A program made the position numbers and the translations under genes. The notes beneath the pieces are model-generated. The model searched no databases. It saw only the letters and a list, made by a program, of their open reading frames with translations, and was not told the DNA's origin. A stretch of 64,000 nt of DNA from Macrostomum hystrix (lineage: Eukaryota; Animalia; Platyhelminthes). The stretch lies in the NCBI GenBank assembly GCA_950097015.1, contig CATNEN010000003.1, positions 8,866,001 to 8,930,000 on the forward strand, written 5' to 3'. Positions 24,301 to 38,359 of the stretch are shown one piece after another (position 1 is the stretch's first letter; every line of letters starts with the position of its first letter).

Positions 24301-27300
24301 AAGACACAGCTCACATTCATTCAGTTTAGAAGACACAGCTGACATTCATTCAGTTTAGAAGACACAGCTCACATTCATTCAGTTTAGAAGACACAGCTCA
24401 CATTCATTCAGTTTAGAAGACACAGCTCACATTCATTCAGTTTAGAAGACACAGCTCACATTCATTCAGTTTAGAAGACACAGCTCACATTCATTCAGTT
24501 TAGAAGACACAGCTCACATTCATTCAGTTTAGAAGACACAGCTCACATTCATTCAGTTTAGAAGACACAGCTCACATTCATTCAGTTTAGAAGACACAGC
24601 TCACATTCATTCAGTTGAGAAGACACAGCTCACATTCATTCAGTTTAGAAGACACAGCTCACATTCATTCAGTTTAGAAGACACAGCTCACATTCATTCA
24701 GTTTAGAAGACACAGCTCACATTCATTCAGTTTAGAAGACACAGCTCACATTCATTCAGTTTAGAAGACACAGCTCACATTCATTCAGTTTAGAAGACAC
24801 AGCTCACATTCATTCAGTTTAGAAGACACAGCTCACATTCATTCAGTTTAGAAGACACAGCTCACATTCATTCAGTTTAGAAGACACAGCTCACATTCAT
24901 TCAGTTTAGAAGACACAGCTCACATTCATTCAGTTTAGAAGACACAGCTCACATTCATTCAGTTTAGAAGACACAGCTCATATTCATTCAGTTTAGAAGA
25001 CACAGCTCACATTCATTCAGTTTAGAAGACACAGCTCACATTCATTCAGTTTAGAAGACACAGCTCACATTCATTCAGTTTAGAAGACACAGCTCACATT
25101 CATTCAGTTTAGAAGACACAGCTGACATTCATTCAGTTTAGAAGACACAGCTCACATTCATTCAGTTTAGAAGACACAGCTCACATTCATTCAGTTTAGA
25201 AGACACAGCTCACATTCATTCAGTTTAGAAGACACAGCTGACATTCATTCAGTTTAGAAGACACAGCTCACATTCATTCAGTTTAGAAGACACAGCTCAC
25301 ATTCATTCAGTTTAGAAGACACAGCTGACATTCATTCAGTTTAGAAGACACAGCTGACATTCATTCAGTTTAGAAGACACAGCTCACATCCATTCAGTTT
25401 AGAAGACACAGCTGACATTCATTCAGTTTAGAAGACACAGCTCACATTCATTCAGTTTAGAAGACACAGCTCACATTCATTCAGTTTAGAAGACACAGCT
25501 GACATTCATTCAGTTTAGAAGACACAGCTCACATTCATTCAGTTTAGAAGACACAGCTCACATTCATTCAGTTTAGAAGACACAGCTGACATTCATTCAG
25601 TTTAGAAGACACAGCTCACATTCATTCAGTTTAGAAGACACAGCTCACATTCATTCAGTTTAGAAGACACAGCTCACATTCATTCAGTTTAGAAGACACA
25701 GCTCACATTCATTCAGTTTAGAAGACACAGCTCACATTCATTCAGTTTAGAAGACACAGCTCACATTCATTCAGTTTAGAAGACACAGCTCACATTCATT
25801 CAGTTTAGAAGACACAGCTGACATTCATTCAGTTTAGAAGACACAGCTCACATTCATTCAGTTTAGAAGACACAGCTCACATTCATTCAGTTTAGAAGAC
25901 ACAGCTCACATTCATTCAGTTTAGAAGACACAGCTCACATTCATTCAGTTTAGAAGACACAGCTCACATTCATTCAGTTTAGAAGACACAGCTCACATTC
26001 ATTCAGTTTAGAAGACACAGCTCACATTCATTCAGTTTAGAAGACACAGCTCACATTCATTCAGTTTAGAAGACACAGCTCACATTCATTCAGTTTAGAA
26101 GACACAGCTCACATTCATTCAGTTTAGAAGACACAGCTCACATTCATTCAGTTTAGAAGACACAGCTCACATTCATTCAGTTTAGAAGACACAGCTGACA
26201 TTCATTCAGTTTAGAAGACACAGCTGACATTCATTCAGTTTAGAAGACACAGCTCACATTCATTCAGTTTAGAAGACACAGCTCACATTCATTCAGTTTA
26301 GAAGACACAGCTCACATTCATTCAGTTTAGAAGACACAGCTCACATTCATTCAGTTTAGAAGACACAGCTCACATTCATTCAGTTTAGAAGACACAGCTC
26401 ACATTCATTCAGTTTAGAAGACACAGCTCACATTCATTCAGTTTAGAAGACACAGCTCACATTCATTCAGTTTAGAAGACACAGCTCACATTCATTCAGT
26501 TTAGAAGACACAGCTCACATTCATTCAGTTTAGAAGACACAGCTCACATTCATTCAGTTTAGAAGACACAGCTCACATTCATTCAGTTTAGAAGACACAG
26601 CTCACATTCATTCAGTTTAGAAGACACAGCTCACATTCATTCAGTTTAGAAGACACAGCTCACATTCATTCAGTTTAGAAGACACAGCTCACATTCATTC
26701 AGTTTAGAAGACACAGCTCACATTCATTCAGTTTAGAAGACACAGCTCACATTCATTCAGTTTAGAAGACACAGCTCACATTCATTCAGTTTAGAAGACA
26801 CAGCTCACATTCATTCAGTTGAGAAGACACAGCTCACATTCATTCAGTTTAGAAGACACAGCTCACATTCATTCAGTTTAGAAGACACAGCTCACATTCA
26901 TTCAGTTTAGAAGACACAGCTCACATTCATTCAGTTTAGAAGACACAGCTCACATTCATTCAGTTTAGAAGACACAGCTCACATTCATTCAGTTTAGAAG
27001 ACACAGCTCACATTCATTCAGTTTAGAAGACACAGCTCACATTCATTCAGTTTAGAAGACACAGCTCACATTCATTCAGTTTAGAAGACACAGCTCACAT
27101 TCATTCAGTTTAGAAGACACAGCTCACATTCATTCAGTTTAGAAGACACAGCTCACATTCATTCAGTTTAGAAGACACAGCTCACATTCATTCAGTTTAG
27201 AAGACACAGCTCACATTCATTCAGTTTAGAAGACACAGCTGACATTCATTCAGTTTAGAAGACACAGCTCACATTCATTCAGTTTAGAAGACACAGCTCA

Positions 27301-30300
27301 CATTCATTCAGTTTAGAAGACACAGCTCACATTCATTCAGTTTAGAAGACACAGCTCACATTCATTCAGTTTAGAAGACACAGCTCACATTCATTCAGTT
27401 TAGAAGACACAGCTCACATTCATTCAGTTTAGAAGACACAGCTCACATTCATTCAGTTTAGAAGACACAGCTCACATTCATTCAGTTTAGAAGACACAGC
27501 TCACATTCATTCAGTTTAGAAGACACAGCTCACATTCATTCAGTTTAGAAGACACAGCTCACATTCATTCAGTTTAGAAGACACAGCTGACATTCATTCA
27601 GTTTAGAAGACACAGCTCACATTCATTCAGTTTAGAAGACACAGCTCACATTCATTCAGTTTAGAAGACACAGCTCACATTCATTCAGTTTAGAAGACAC
27701 AGCTCACATTCATTCAGTTTAGAAGACACAGCTCACATTCATTCAGTTTAGAAGACACAGCTCACATTCATTCAGTTTAGAAGACACAGCTGACATTCAT
27801 TCAGTTTAGAAAACACAGCTCACATTCATTCAGTTTAGAAGACACAGCTCACATTCATTCAGTTTAGAAGACACAGCTCACATTCATTCAGTTTAGAAGA
27901 CACAGCTGACATTCATTCAGTTTAGAAGACACAGCTCACATTCATTCAGTTTAGAAGACACAGCTCACATTCATTCAGTTTAGAAGACACAGCTCACATT
28001 CATTCAGTTTAGAAGACACAGCTGACATTCATTCAGTTTAGAAGACACAGCTCACATTCATTCAGTTTAGAAGACACAGCTCACATTCATTCAGTTTAGA
28101 AGACACAGCTCACATTCATTCAGTTTAGAAGACACAGCTCACATTCATTCAGTTTAGAAGACACAGCTCACATTCATTCAGTTGAGAAGACACAGCTCAC
28201 ATTCATTCAGTTTAGAAGACACAGCTCACATTCATTCAGTTTAGAAGACACAGCTCACATTCATTCAGTTTAGAAGACACAGCTCACATTCATTCAGTTT
28301 AGAAGACACAGCTCACATTCATTCAGTTTAGAAGACACAGCTCACATTCATTCAGTTTAGAAGACACAGCTCACATTCATTCAGTTTAGAAGACACAGCT
28401 CACATTCATTCAGTTTAGAAGACACAGCTGACATTCATTCAGTTTAGAAGACACAGCTCACATTCATTCAGTTTAGAAGACACAGCTCACATTCATTCAG
28501 TTTAGAAGACACAGCTGACATTCATTCAGTTTAGAAGACACAGCTCACATTCATTCAGTTTAGAAGACACAGCTCACATTCATTCAGTTTAGAAGACACA
28601 GCTGACATTCATTCAGTTTAGAAGACACAGCTGACATTCATTCAGTTTAGAAGACACAGCTCACATTCATTCAGTTTAGAAGACACAGCTGACATTCATT
28701 CAGTTTAGAAGACACAGCTGACATTCATTCAGTTTAGAAGACACAGCTGACATTCATTCAGTTTAGAAGACACAGCTCACATTCATTCAGTTTAGAAGAC
28801 ACAGCTCACATTCATTCAGTTTAGAAGACACAGCTCACATTCATTCAGTTTAGAAGACACAGCTGACATTCATTCAGTTTAGAAGACACAGCTGACATTC
28901 ATTCAGTTTAGAAGACACAGCTCACATTCATTCAGTTTAGAAGACACAGCTCACATTCATTCAGTTTAGAAGACACAGCTCACATTCATTCAGTTTAGAA
29001 GACACAGCTCACATTCATTCAGTTTAGAAGACACAGCTCACATTCATTCAGTTTAGAAGACACAGCTGACATTCATTCAGTTTAGAAGACACAGCTCACA
29101 TTCATTCAGTTTAGAAGACACAGCTCACATTCATTCAGTTTAGAAGACACAGCTCACATTCATTCAGTTTAGAAGACACAGCTCACATTCATTCAGTTTA
29201 GAAGACACAGCTGACATTCATTCAGTTTAGAAGACACAGCTCACATTCATTCAGTTTAGAAGACACAGCTGACATTCATTCAGTTTAGAAGACACAGCTC
29301 ACATTCATTCAGTTTAGAAGACACAGCTCACATTCATTCAGTTTAGAAGACACAGCTCACATTCATTCAGTTTAGAAGACACAGCTCACATTCATTCAGT
29401 TTAGAAGACACAGCTGACATTCATTCAGTTTAGAAGACACAGCTCACATTCATTCAGTTTAGAAGACACAGCTGACATTCATTCAGTTTAGAAGACACAG
29501 CTCACATTCATTCAGTTTAGAAGACACAGCTGACATTCATTCAGTTTAGAAGACACAGCTCACATTCATTCAGTTTAGAAGACACAGCTCACATTCATTC
29601 AGTTTAGAAGACACAGCTGACATTCATTCAGTTTAGAAGACACAGCTCACATTCATTCAGTTTAGAAGACACAGCTCACATTCATTCAGTTGAGAAGACA
29701 CAGCTCACATTCATTCAGTTTAGAAGACACAGCTCACATTCATTCAGTTTAGAAGACACAGCTCACATTCATTCAGTTTAGAAGACACAGCTGACATTCA
29801 TTCAGTTTAGAAGACACAGCTGACATTCATTCAGTTTAGAAGACACAGCTGACATTCATTCAGTTGAGAAGACACAGCTCACATTCATTCAGTTTAGAAG
29901 ACACAGCTCACATTCATTCAGTTTAGAAGACACAGCTCACATTCATTCAGTTTAGAAGACACAGCTCACATTCATTCAGTTTAGAAGACACAGCTCACAT
30001 TCATTCAGTTTAGAAGACACAGCTCACATTCATTCAGTTTAGAAGACACAGCTCACATTCATTCAGTTTAGAAGACACAGCTCACATTCATTCAGTTTAG
30101 AAGACACAGCTCACATTCATTCAGTTTAGAAGACACAGCTCACATTCATTCAGTTTAGAAGACACAGCTCACATTCATTCAGTTTAGAAGACACAGCTCA
30201 CATTCATTCAGTTTAGAAGACACAGCTGACATTCATTCAGTTTAGAAGACACAGCTCACATTCATTCAGTTTAGAAGACACAGCTCACATTCATTCAGTT

Positions 30301-33300
30301 TAGAAGACACAGCTCACATTCATTCAGTTTAGAAGACACAGCTCACATTCATTCAGTTTAGAAGACACAGCTCACATTCATTCAGTTTAGAAGACACAGC
30401 TGACATTCATTCAGTTTAGAAGACACAGCTGACATTCATTCAGTTTAGAAGACACAGCTGACATTCATTCAGTTTAGAAGACACAGCTCACATTCATTCA
30501 GTTTAGAAGACACAGCTCACATTCATTCAGTTTAGAAGACACAGCTCACATTCATTCAGTTTAGAAGACACAGCTGACATTCATTCAGTTGAGAAGACAC
30601 AGCTCACATTCATTCAGTTTAGAAGACACAGCTCACATTCATTCAGTTTAGAAGACACAGCTCACATTCATTCAGTTTAGAAGACACAGCTGACATTCAT
30701 TCAGTTTAGAAGACACAGCTGACATTCATTCAGTTGAGAAGACACAGCTCACATTCATTCAGTTTAGAAGACAGCTCACATTCATTCAGTTTAGAAGACA
30801 CAGCTGACATTCATTCAGTTTAGAAGACACAGCTCACATTCATTCAGTTGAGAAGACACAGCTCACATTCATTCAGTTTAGAAGACACAGCTCACATTCA
30901 TTCAGTTTAGAAGACACAGCTCACATTCATTCAGTTTAGAAGACACAGCTCACATTCATTCAGTTTAGAAGACACAGCTGACATTCATTCAGTTTAGAAG
31001 ACACAGCTGACATTCATTCAGTTTAGAAGACACAGCTCACATTCATTCAGTTTAGAAGACACAGCTCACATTCATTCAGTTTAGAAGACACAGCTCACAT
31101 TCATTCAGTTTAGAAGACACAGCTCACATTCATTCAGTTTAGAAGACACAGCTCACATTCATTCAGTTTAGAAGACACAGCTGACATTCATTCAGTTTAG
31201 AAGACACAGCTCACATTCATTCAGTTTAGAAGACACAGCTCACATTCATTCAGTTTAGAAGACACAGCTCACATTCATTCAGTTTAGAAGACACAGCTCA
31301 CATTCATTCAGTTTAGAAGACACAGCTGACATTCATTCAGTTTAGAAGACACAGCTCACATTCATTCAGTTTAGAAGACACAGCTGACATTCATTCAGTT
31401 TAGAAGACACAGCTCACATTCATTCAGTTTAGAAGACACAGCTCACATTCATTCAGTTTAGAAGACACAGCTCACATTCATTCAGTTTAGAAGACACAGC
31501 TCACATTCATTCAGTTTAGAAGACACAGCTGACATTCATTCAGTTTAGAAGACACAGCTCACATTCATTCAGTTTAGAAGACACAGCTGACATTCATTCA
31601 GTTTAGAAGACACAGCTCACATTCATTCAGTTTAGAAGACACAGCTCACATTCATTCAGTTTAGAAGACACAGCTCACATTCATTCAGTTTAGAAGACAC
31701 AGCTCACATTCATTCAGTTTAGAAGACACAGCTGACATTCATTCAGTTTAGAAGACACAGCTCACATTCATTCAGTTTAGAAGACACAGCTCACATTCAT
31801 TCAGTTTAGAAGACACAGCTCACATTCATTCAGTTTAGAAGACACAGCTCACATTCATTCAGTTTAGAAGACACAGCTCACATTCATTCAGTTTAGAAGA
31901 CACAGCTCACATTCATTCAGTTTAGAAGACACAGCTCACATTCATTCAGTTTAGAAGACACAGCTCACATTCATTCAGTTTAGAAGACACAGCTCACATT
32001 CATTCAGTTTAGAAGACACAGCTCACATTCATTCAGTTTAGAAGACACAGCTCACATTCATTCAGTTTAGAAGACACAGCTCACATTCATTCAGTTTAGA
32101 AGACACAGCTCACATTCATTCAGTTTAGAAGACACAGCTCACATTCATTCAGTTTAGAAGACACAGCTGACATTCATTCAGTTTAGAAGACACAGCTCAC
32201 ATTCATTCAGTTTAGAAGACACAGCTCACATTCATTCAGTTTAGAAGACACAGCTCACATTCATTCAGTTTAGAAGACACAGCTCACATTCATTCAGTTT
32301 AGAAGACACAGCTCACATTCATTCAGTTTAGAAGACACAGCTGACATTCATTCAGTTTAGAAGACACAGCTGACATTCATTCAGTTTAGAAGACACAGCT
32401 GACATTCATTCAGTTTAGAAGACACAGCTCACATTCATTCAGTTTAGAAGACACAGCTCACATTCATTCAGTTTAGAAGACACAGCTCACATTCATTCAG
32501 TTTAGAAGACACAGCTGACATTCATTCAGTTGAGAAGACACAGCTCACATTCATTCAGTTTAGAAGACACAGCTCACATTCATTCAGTTTAGAAGACACA
32601 GCTCACATTCATTCAGTTTAGAAGACACAGCTGACATTCATTCAGTTTAGAAGACACAGCTGACATTCATTCAGTTTAGAAGACACAGCTGACATTCATT
32701 CAGTTGAGAAGACACAGCTCACATTCATTCAGTTTAGAAGACAGCTCACATTCATTCAGTTTAGAAGACACAGCTGACATTCATTCAGTTTAGAAGACAC
32801 AGCTCACATTCATTCAGTTGAGAAGACACAGCTCACATTCATTCAGTTTAGAAGACACAGCTCACATTCATTCAGTTTAGAAGACACAGCTGACATTCAT
32901 TCAGTTTAGAAGACACAGCTGACATTCATTCAGTTGAGAAGACACAGCTCACATTCATTCAGTTTAGAAGACACAGCTCACATTCATTCAGTTTAGAAGA
33001 CACAGCTGACATTCATTCAGTTTAGAAGACACAGCTCACATTCATTCAGTTTAGAAGACACAGCTCACATTCATTCAGTTTAGAAGACACAGCTCACATT
33101 CATTCAGTTTAGAAGACACAGCTCACATTCATTCAGTTGAGAAGACACAGCTCACATTCATTCAGTTTAGAAGACACAGCTCACATTCATTCAGTTTAGA
33201 AGACACAGCTGACATTCATTCAGTTTAGAAGACACAGCTCACATTCATTCAGTTGAGAAGACACAGCTCACATTCATTCAGTTTAGAAGACACAGCTCAC

Positions 33301-33357
33301 ATTCATTCAGTTTAGAAGACACAGCTCACATTCATTCAGTTTAGAAGACAAAGCTCA
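18330..33357. repeat. 15-kb satellite: 32-bp units (cagctcacattcagtagctcagagagaagaca) to about 19080, then about 490 29-bp units (cagctcacattcattcagtttagaagaca)
   Basis: Periodicity read directly; highly homogeneous; no spacers; no ORFs in the track. Confidence 0.99.
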
Positions 33358-33943
33358 TTGGCAAAAAAACGGTTTTATTGAGTCTGACTATAACTATTGG
33401 GCTAGTCTGATGCAATGCAAGGCAACCAGAGACAGCAGTGTGTAAACAGACTTGCTTCTAGTATGTTATTTGTCAGGTTCTGGTGTCGCCACGTTGTGCT
33501 CAGATATCCACCGTATTGGCAAGTTTTTGGTATGGAGTTTTATTGACACAGGGGTTTGGGAAGTTTTTTTGAGGTGGTGGGAAAGGGTTTTTTCCCCATC
33601 CTTTCGTATGCTTTTTTTTCAGTTGGGCATTGCCGGGAAGAAAATATCGTGAATAATTTATTATTTATTTTTGGCTTTACTCAACACGACTCAGGAGTCA
33701 GGACTGTGGCCATGCTTTCCAATGGGGTCATCTGGTGCTGCTGTGCGTGTAGCTTTTATCTGCTTTTATCCTGGCAATTTGAAAAGTACATCGCTCATTC
33801 GATCAAAGTATTTCTGAGCCAGGGGGCTGTTGACCACGCGAATTGGCCATTCTGCTCATTTCGCACACACGAGCTCAACCGCACTCAAATACATCAACAG
33901 CACGCAACAACATACTTTCTGGATCCTCAACAAATTTAGTTTA

Positions 33944-35160
33944 GAGGATCCAGAACAAAATACCTTCAGGAACCTGAACAAAATATCTTCAGGAACCTGA
34001 ACAAAATATCTTCAGGAAGCTGAACAGAATATCTTCAGGAACCTGAACCAAATATCTTCAGGAACCTGAACAAAATATCTTCAGGAAGCTGAACAGAATA
34101 TCTTCAGGAACCTGAACCAAATATCTTCAGGAACCTGAACAAAATATCTTCAGGAAGCTGAACAAAATATCTTCAGGAACCTGAACCAAATATCTTCAGG
34201 AACCTGAACAAAATATCTTCAGGAAGCTGAACAAAATATCTTCAGGAAGCTGAACAAAATATCTACAGGAACCTGAACAAAATATCTTCAGGAAGCTGAA
34301 CAAAATATCTTCAGGAACCTGAACCAAATATCTTCAGGAACCTGAACAAAATATCTTCAGGAAGCTGAACAAAATATCTTCAGGAAGCTGAACAAAATAT
34401 CTACAGGAAGCTGAACAAAATATCTTCAGGAAGCTGAACAAAATATCTACAGGAACCTGAACAGAATATCTTCAGGAACCTGAACAAAATATCTTCAGGA
34501 ACCTGAACAAAATATCTTCAGGAAGCTGAACAAAATATCTACAGGAACCTGAACAGAATATCTTCAGGAACCTGAACAAAATATCTTCAGGAACCTGAAC
34601 AAAATATCTTCAGGAAGCTGAACAAAATATCTTCAGGAAGCTGAACAAAATATCTTCAGGAACCTGAACAAAATATCTTCAGGAAGCTGAACAAAATATC
34701 TTCAGGAAGCTGAACAAAATATCTTCAGGAACCTGAACAAAATATCTACAGGAACCTGAACAAAATATCTTCAGGAAGCTGAACAGAATATCTTCAGGAA
34801 CCTGAACGAAATATCTACAGGAACCTGAACAGAATATCTTCAGGAACCTGAACAAAATATCTTCAGGAACCTGAACGAAATATCTACAGGAACCTGAACA
34901 AAATATCTTCAGGAACCTGAACCAAATATCTTCAGGAACCTGAACCAAATATCTTCAGGAACCTGAACCAAATATCTTCAGGAACCTGAACAAAATATCT
35001 TCAGGAAGCTGAACAAAATATCTTCAGGAACCTGAACAAAATATCTTCAGGAACCTGAACAAAATATCTTCAGGAAGCTGAACAGAATATCTTCAGGAAC
35101 CTGAACCAAATATCTTCAGGAACCTGAACAAAATATCTTCAGGAACCTGAACAAAATACT
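33944..35160. repeat. 23-bp minisatellite (aggaa(c/g)ctgaacaaaatatcttc)
   Basis: About 52 units; near-palindrome ttcagg-aa-cctgaa across unit junctions. Confidence 0.97.
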
Positions 35161-35704
35161 ATCAGAATCCTTAACTTTCAAGAAACTCGAGAATATACTG
35201 CATAATCTACCTAACGTCAAAAATGCTTACAGAAAAAGATCTGTAAGCATTAATAATAGGCTAGAAAAATAACTTATACTCAATTGATCTTTAGAGCATT
35301 ACCGAGTCTATAACCATTTCCTTCAACAGTCCATGGTTCAATTCTAGACTATATTCGTCTCTGAGTGATGGAAAGAGGAATAGTGTTAAAATATGTACAG
35401 TCTAGGGCAGAAAATAGTGGGTAATTTTAGACTGTGAAGTTGGATTTTGAATAAAGTGCTTGATTAGTTTACCGATTGATTTTCGTTATTCATACCTTAA
35501 AGGGTTAAATTGAAGAAATTATTGGTGGGTGCGAAGAAGGACGCAAGAGAGAGAAGTAGCTTAGGAGAAGCCAACAATACATTATACAATAATGAGTGAT
35601 TAGAATAATAAGGATATTGATTCAGAGATTTGACCACACACAAGCCAAAAAAAGATAGTGGGCCACGAGAGGGAGAGAATGAGAGAGGAAAAAACGAGAC
35701 GGGA

Positions 35705-36660
35705 GAGAAGGAGAGGAGAGAGAAGGAGAGGGAGAGAAGGAGAGGGAGAGAAGGAGAGGAGAGAGAAGGAGAGGGAGAGAAGGAGAGGGAGAGAAGGGGA
35801 GGAGAGAGAAGGAGAGGAGAGAGAAGGAGAGGAGAGAGAAGGAGAGGGAGAGAAGGAGAGGGAGAGAAGGAGAAGGAGAGAAGGAGAGGGAGAGAAGGAG
35901 AAGGAGAGAAGAAGAGGGAGAGAAGGAGAGGGAGAGAAGGAGAAGGAGAGAAGGAGAGGGAGAGAAGGAGAAGGAGAGAAGGAGAGGGAGAGAAGGAGAG
36001 GGAGAGAAGGAGAAGGAGAGAAGGAGAGGGAGAGAAGGAGAGGGAGAGAAGGAGAGGGAGAGAAGGAGAGGGAGAGAAGGAGAAGGAGAGAAGGAGAGGG
36101 AGAGAAGGAGAAGGAGAGAAGGAGAGGGAGAGAAGGAGAGGGAGAGAAGGAGAGGGAGAGAAGGAGAGGGAGAGAAGGAGAAGGAGAGAAGGAGAGGGAG
36201 AGAAGGAGAAGGAGAGAAGGAGAGGGAGAGAAGGAGAGGGAGAGAAGGAGAAGGAGAGAAGGAGAGGGAGAGAAGGAGAAGGAGAGAAGGAGAGGGAGAG
36301 AAAGAGAGGGAGAGAAGGAAAGAAGAGTGAATGAGAGGGGAGAGAATGAGAGGAGAGAGAAGGAGAGGGGAGAGAAGGAGAGGATAGAGAAGGAGAGGGG
36401 AGAGAAGGAGAGGGAGAGAAGGAGAGGGGAAAGAAGGAGAGGGACAGAAGGAGAGGGGAAAGAAGGAGAGGGACAGAAGGTAGGAGAGAGAAGGAGAGGG
36501 AGAGAAGGGGAGGAAGAGAAGGAGAGGGAGAGAAGGAGAGGGAGAGAAGGAGAGGAGAGAGAAGGAGAGGGAGAGAAGGAGAGGGAGAGAAGGGGAGGAA
36601 GAGAAGGAGAGGGAGAGAAGGAGAGGGAGAGAAGGAGAGGAGAGAGAAGGAGAGGGAGCG
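35705..36660. repeat. Almost pure polypurine 14-bp repeat (ggagagggagagaa)
   Basis: Direct reading; gives the spurious E/R/G and S/L/P ORFs. Confidence 0.97.
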
Positions 36661-37359
36661 GAAGGAAAAGGGTTCGCCAGTGAAAAAGAAGTCAGAATTA
36701 GCAGTCGCAAGGAACTGGATAAAAATCACGTCCCCAATCGTCTCATCTCAAAGCAATCTTTCAGGTTAGAAAAAGAAGGCTAGTGCGAGTTGTATCGAAG
36801 GCCACCAAAAATAGCTCTGGATAATTAACCAAATTCTCGCAGTCGCGGAGTGGACTATAACGAGCTAAAATCAGTTTCTTCCGTTGCCTGGTGTGTAAGG
36901 ATAATTAAGGCTGGCGGAAACTTATCAGGGATTTGTAAGCGGCCAATGCAGAATTAATTTCGAGGAAAGTTAGTTAGTCTGCAGTCGGCGAGTGCAGTTT
37001 CCTGACGAATTGACCGAATGGCCACGCCCATCTGGTGCTAGGAGACGAAGATATACAATATCTCGCCGTCTGTCTCATCCCCGTTATTATCTCACAAACT
37101 GGGGCCGAGTCGGTTCGGTTGTGAGTAAAGAGGAATTAAGTTACAGTGTGGCACTAATCTCATTTGAGCAGCTTCGAGCCAGTGTATGGACAGACACGAG
37201 GAACGGTGATTTATGCGTGTGCGGAATTCGAAAGTTCTATTATTATTTTCTTGTGCTTCCTACGGCCATTTTAGCATTAATCTGGTGCTTTATGCAAGGC
37301 AAGAGAAATGGGAGATGATAGTGGGCAGAAAAGTTTAATATCAGTATCAATTGATGAGA

Positions 37360-37965
37360 ACAGCTCAGAGAGAAGACACATTCAGTAGCTCAGAGAGAAG
37401 ACACACATTCAGTAGCTCATAGAGAAGACACAGCTCACAATCAGTAGCTCAGAGAGAAGACACAGCTCATATTCAGTAGCTCAGAGAGGACACAGCTCAC
37501 ATTCAGTAGCTCAGAGAGAAGACACAGCTCACATTCAGTAGCTCAGAGAGAAGACACAGCTCACAATCAGTAGCTCAGAGAGAAGACACAGCTCACATTC
37601 AGTAGCTCAGAGAGAAGACACAGCTCACATTCAGTAGCTCAGAGAGAAGACACAGCTCACATTCAGTAACTCAGAGAGGACACAGCTAACATTCAGTAGC
37701 TCAGAGAGAAGACACAGCTCACATTCAGTAGCTCAGAGAGAAGACACAGCTCACATTCAGTAGCTCAGAGAGAAGACACAGCTCACATTCAGTAGCTCAG
37801 AGAGAAGACACAGCTCACATTCAGTAGCTCAGAGAGAAGACACAGCTCACATTCAGTAGCTCAGAGAGAAGACACAGCTCACATTCAGTAACTCAGAGAG
37901 GACACAGCTAACATTCAGTAGCTCAGAGAGAAGACACAGCTCACATTCAGTAGCTCAGAGAGAAG
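37360..37965. repeat. Second array of the 32-bp satellite unit
   Basis: Same unit and orientation as 18330-19080; about 19 units. Confidence 0.97.
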
Positions 37966-38359
37966 TAGTTCAAGCTTAACTTGAGTGATAAATACTTCGA
38001 TAGCCTGAGCACACCCGCTCTATCCTCTAACTAGTCCGCAGGCAAAGTCGATAAGCAGAAAAAGTAGAGGATACGAGCTAGATGTCAAGGGATAGCGACG
38101 GATACCTCTTAAATAGCTTATAGAATAATTAATTTGATTCCCGTAGGCGAGACGGCGAGATTGAGACAGTGGGAGCGATTGGAAGGCCTGGACCCAGAGT
38201 GTAGTTGCCCACTCTCTTTTTGCGTCCATCGAAAAATAATGTGGCATACTAAAATTCACAGCCTACTGGCAGCTTGTGTTTTGATGGGATATTGTGAAAT
38301 CAGGGCAATGCGCCTTTTAATTTGAAATTTCAGATCATAAAATCTTCCGTAGCAACTCA

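Noticed and set aside
18330-33357. CRISPR-like array (29-32-bp repeats)
   Set aside because: Units are contiguous with no unique spacers, no cas genes, eukaryotic context.
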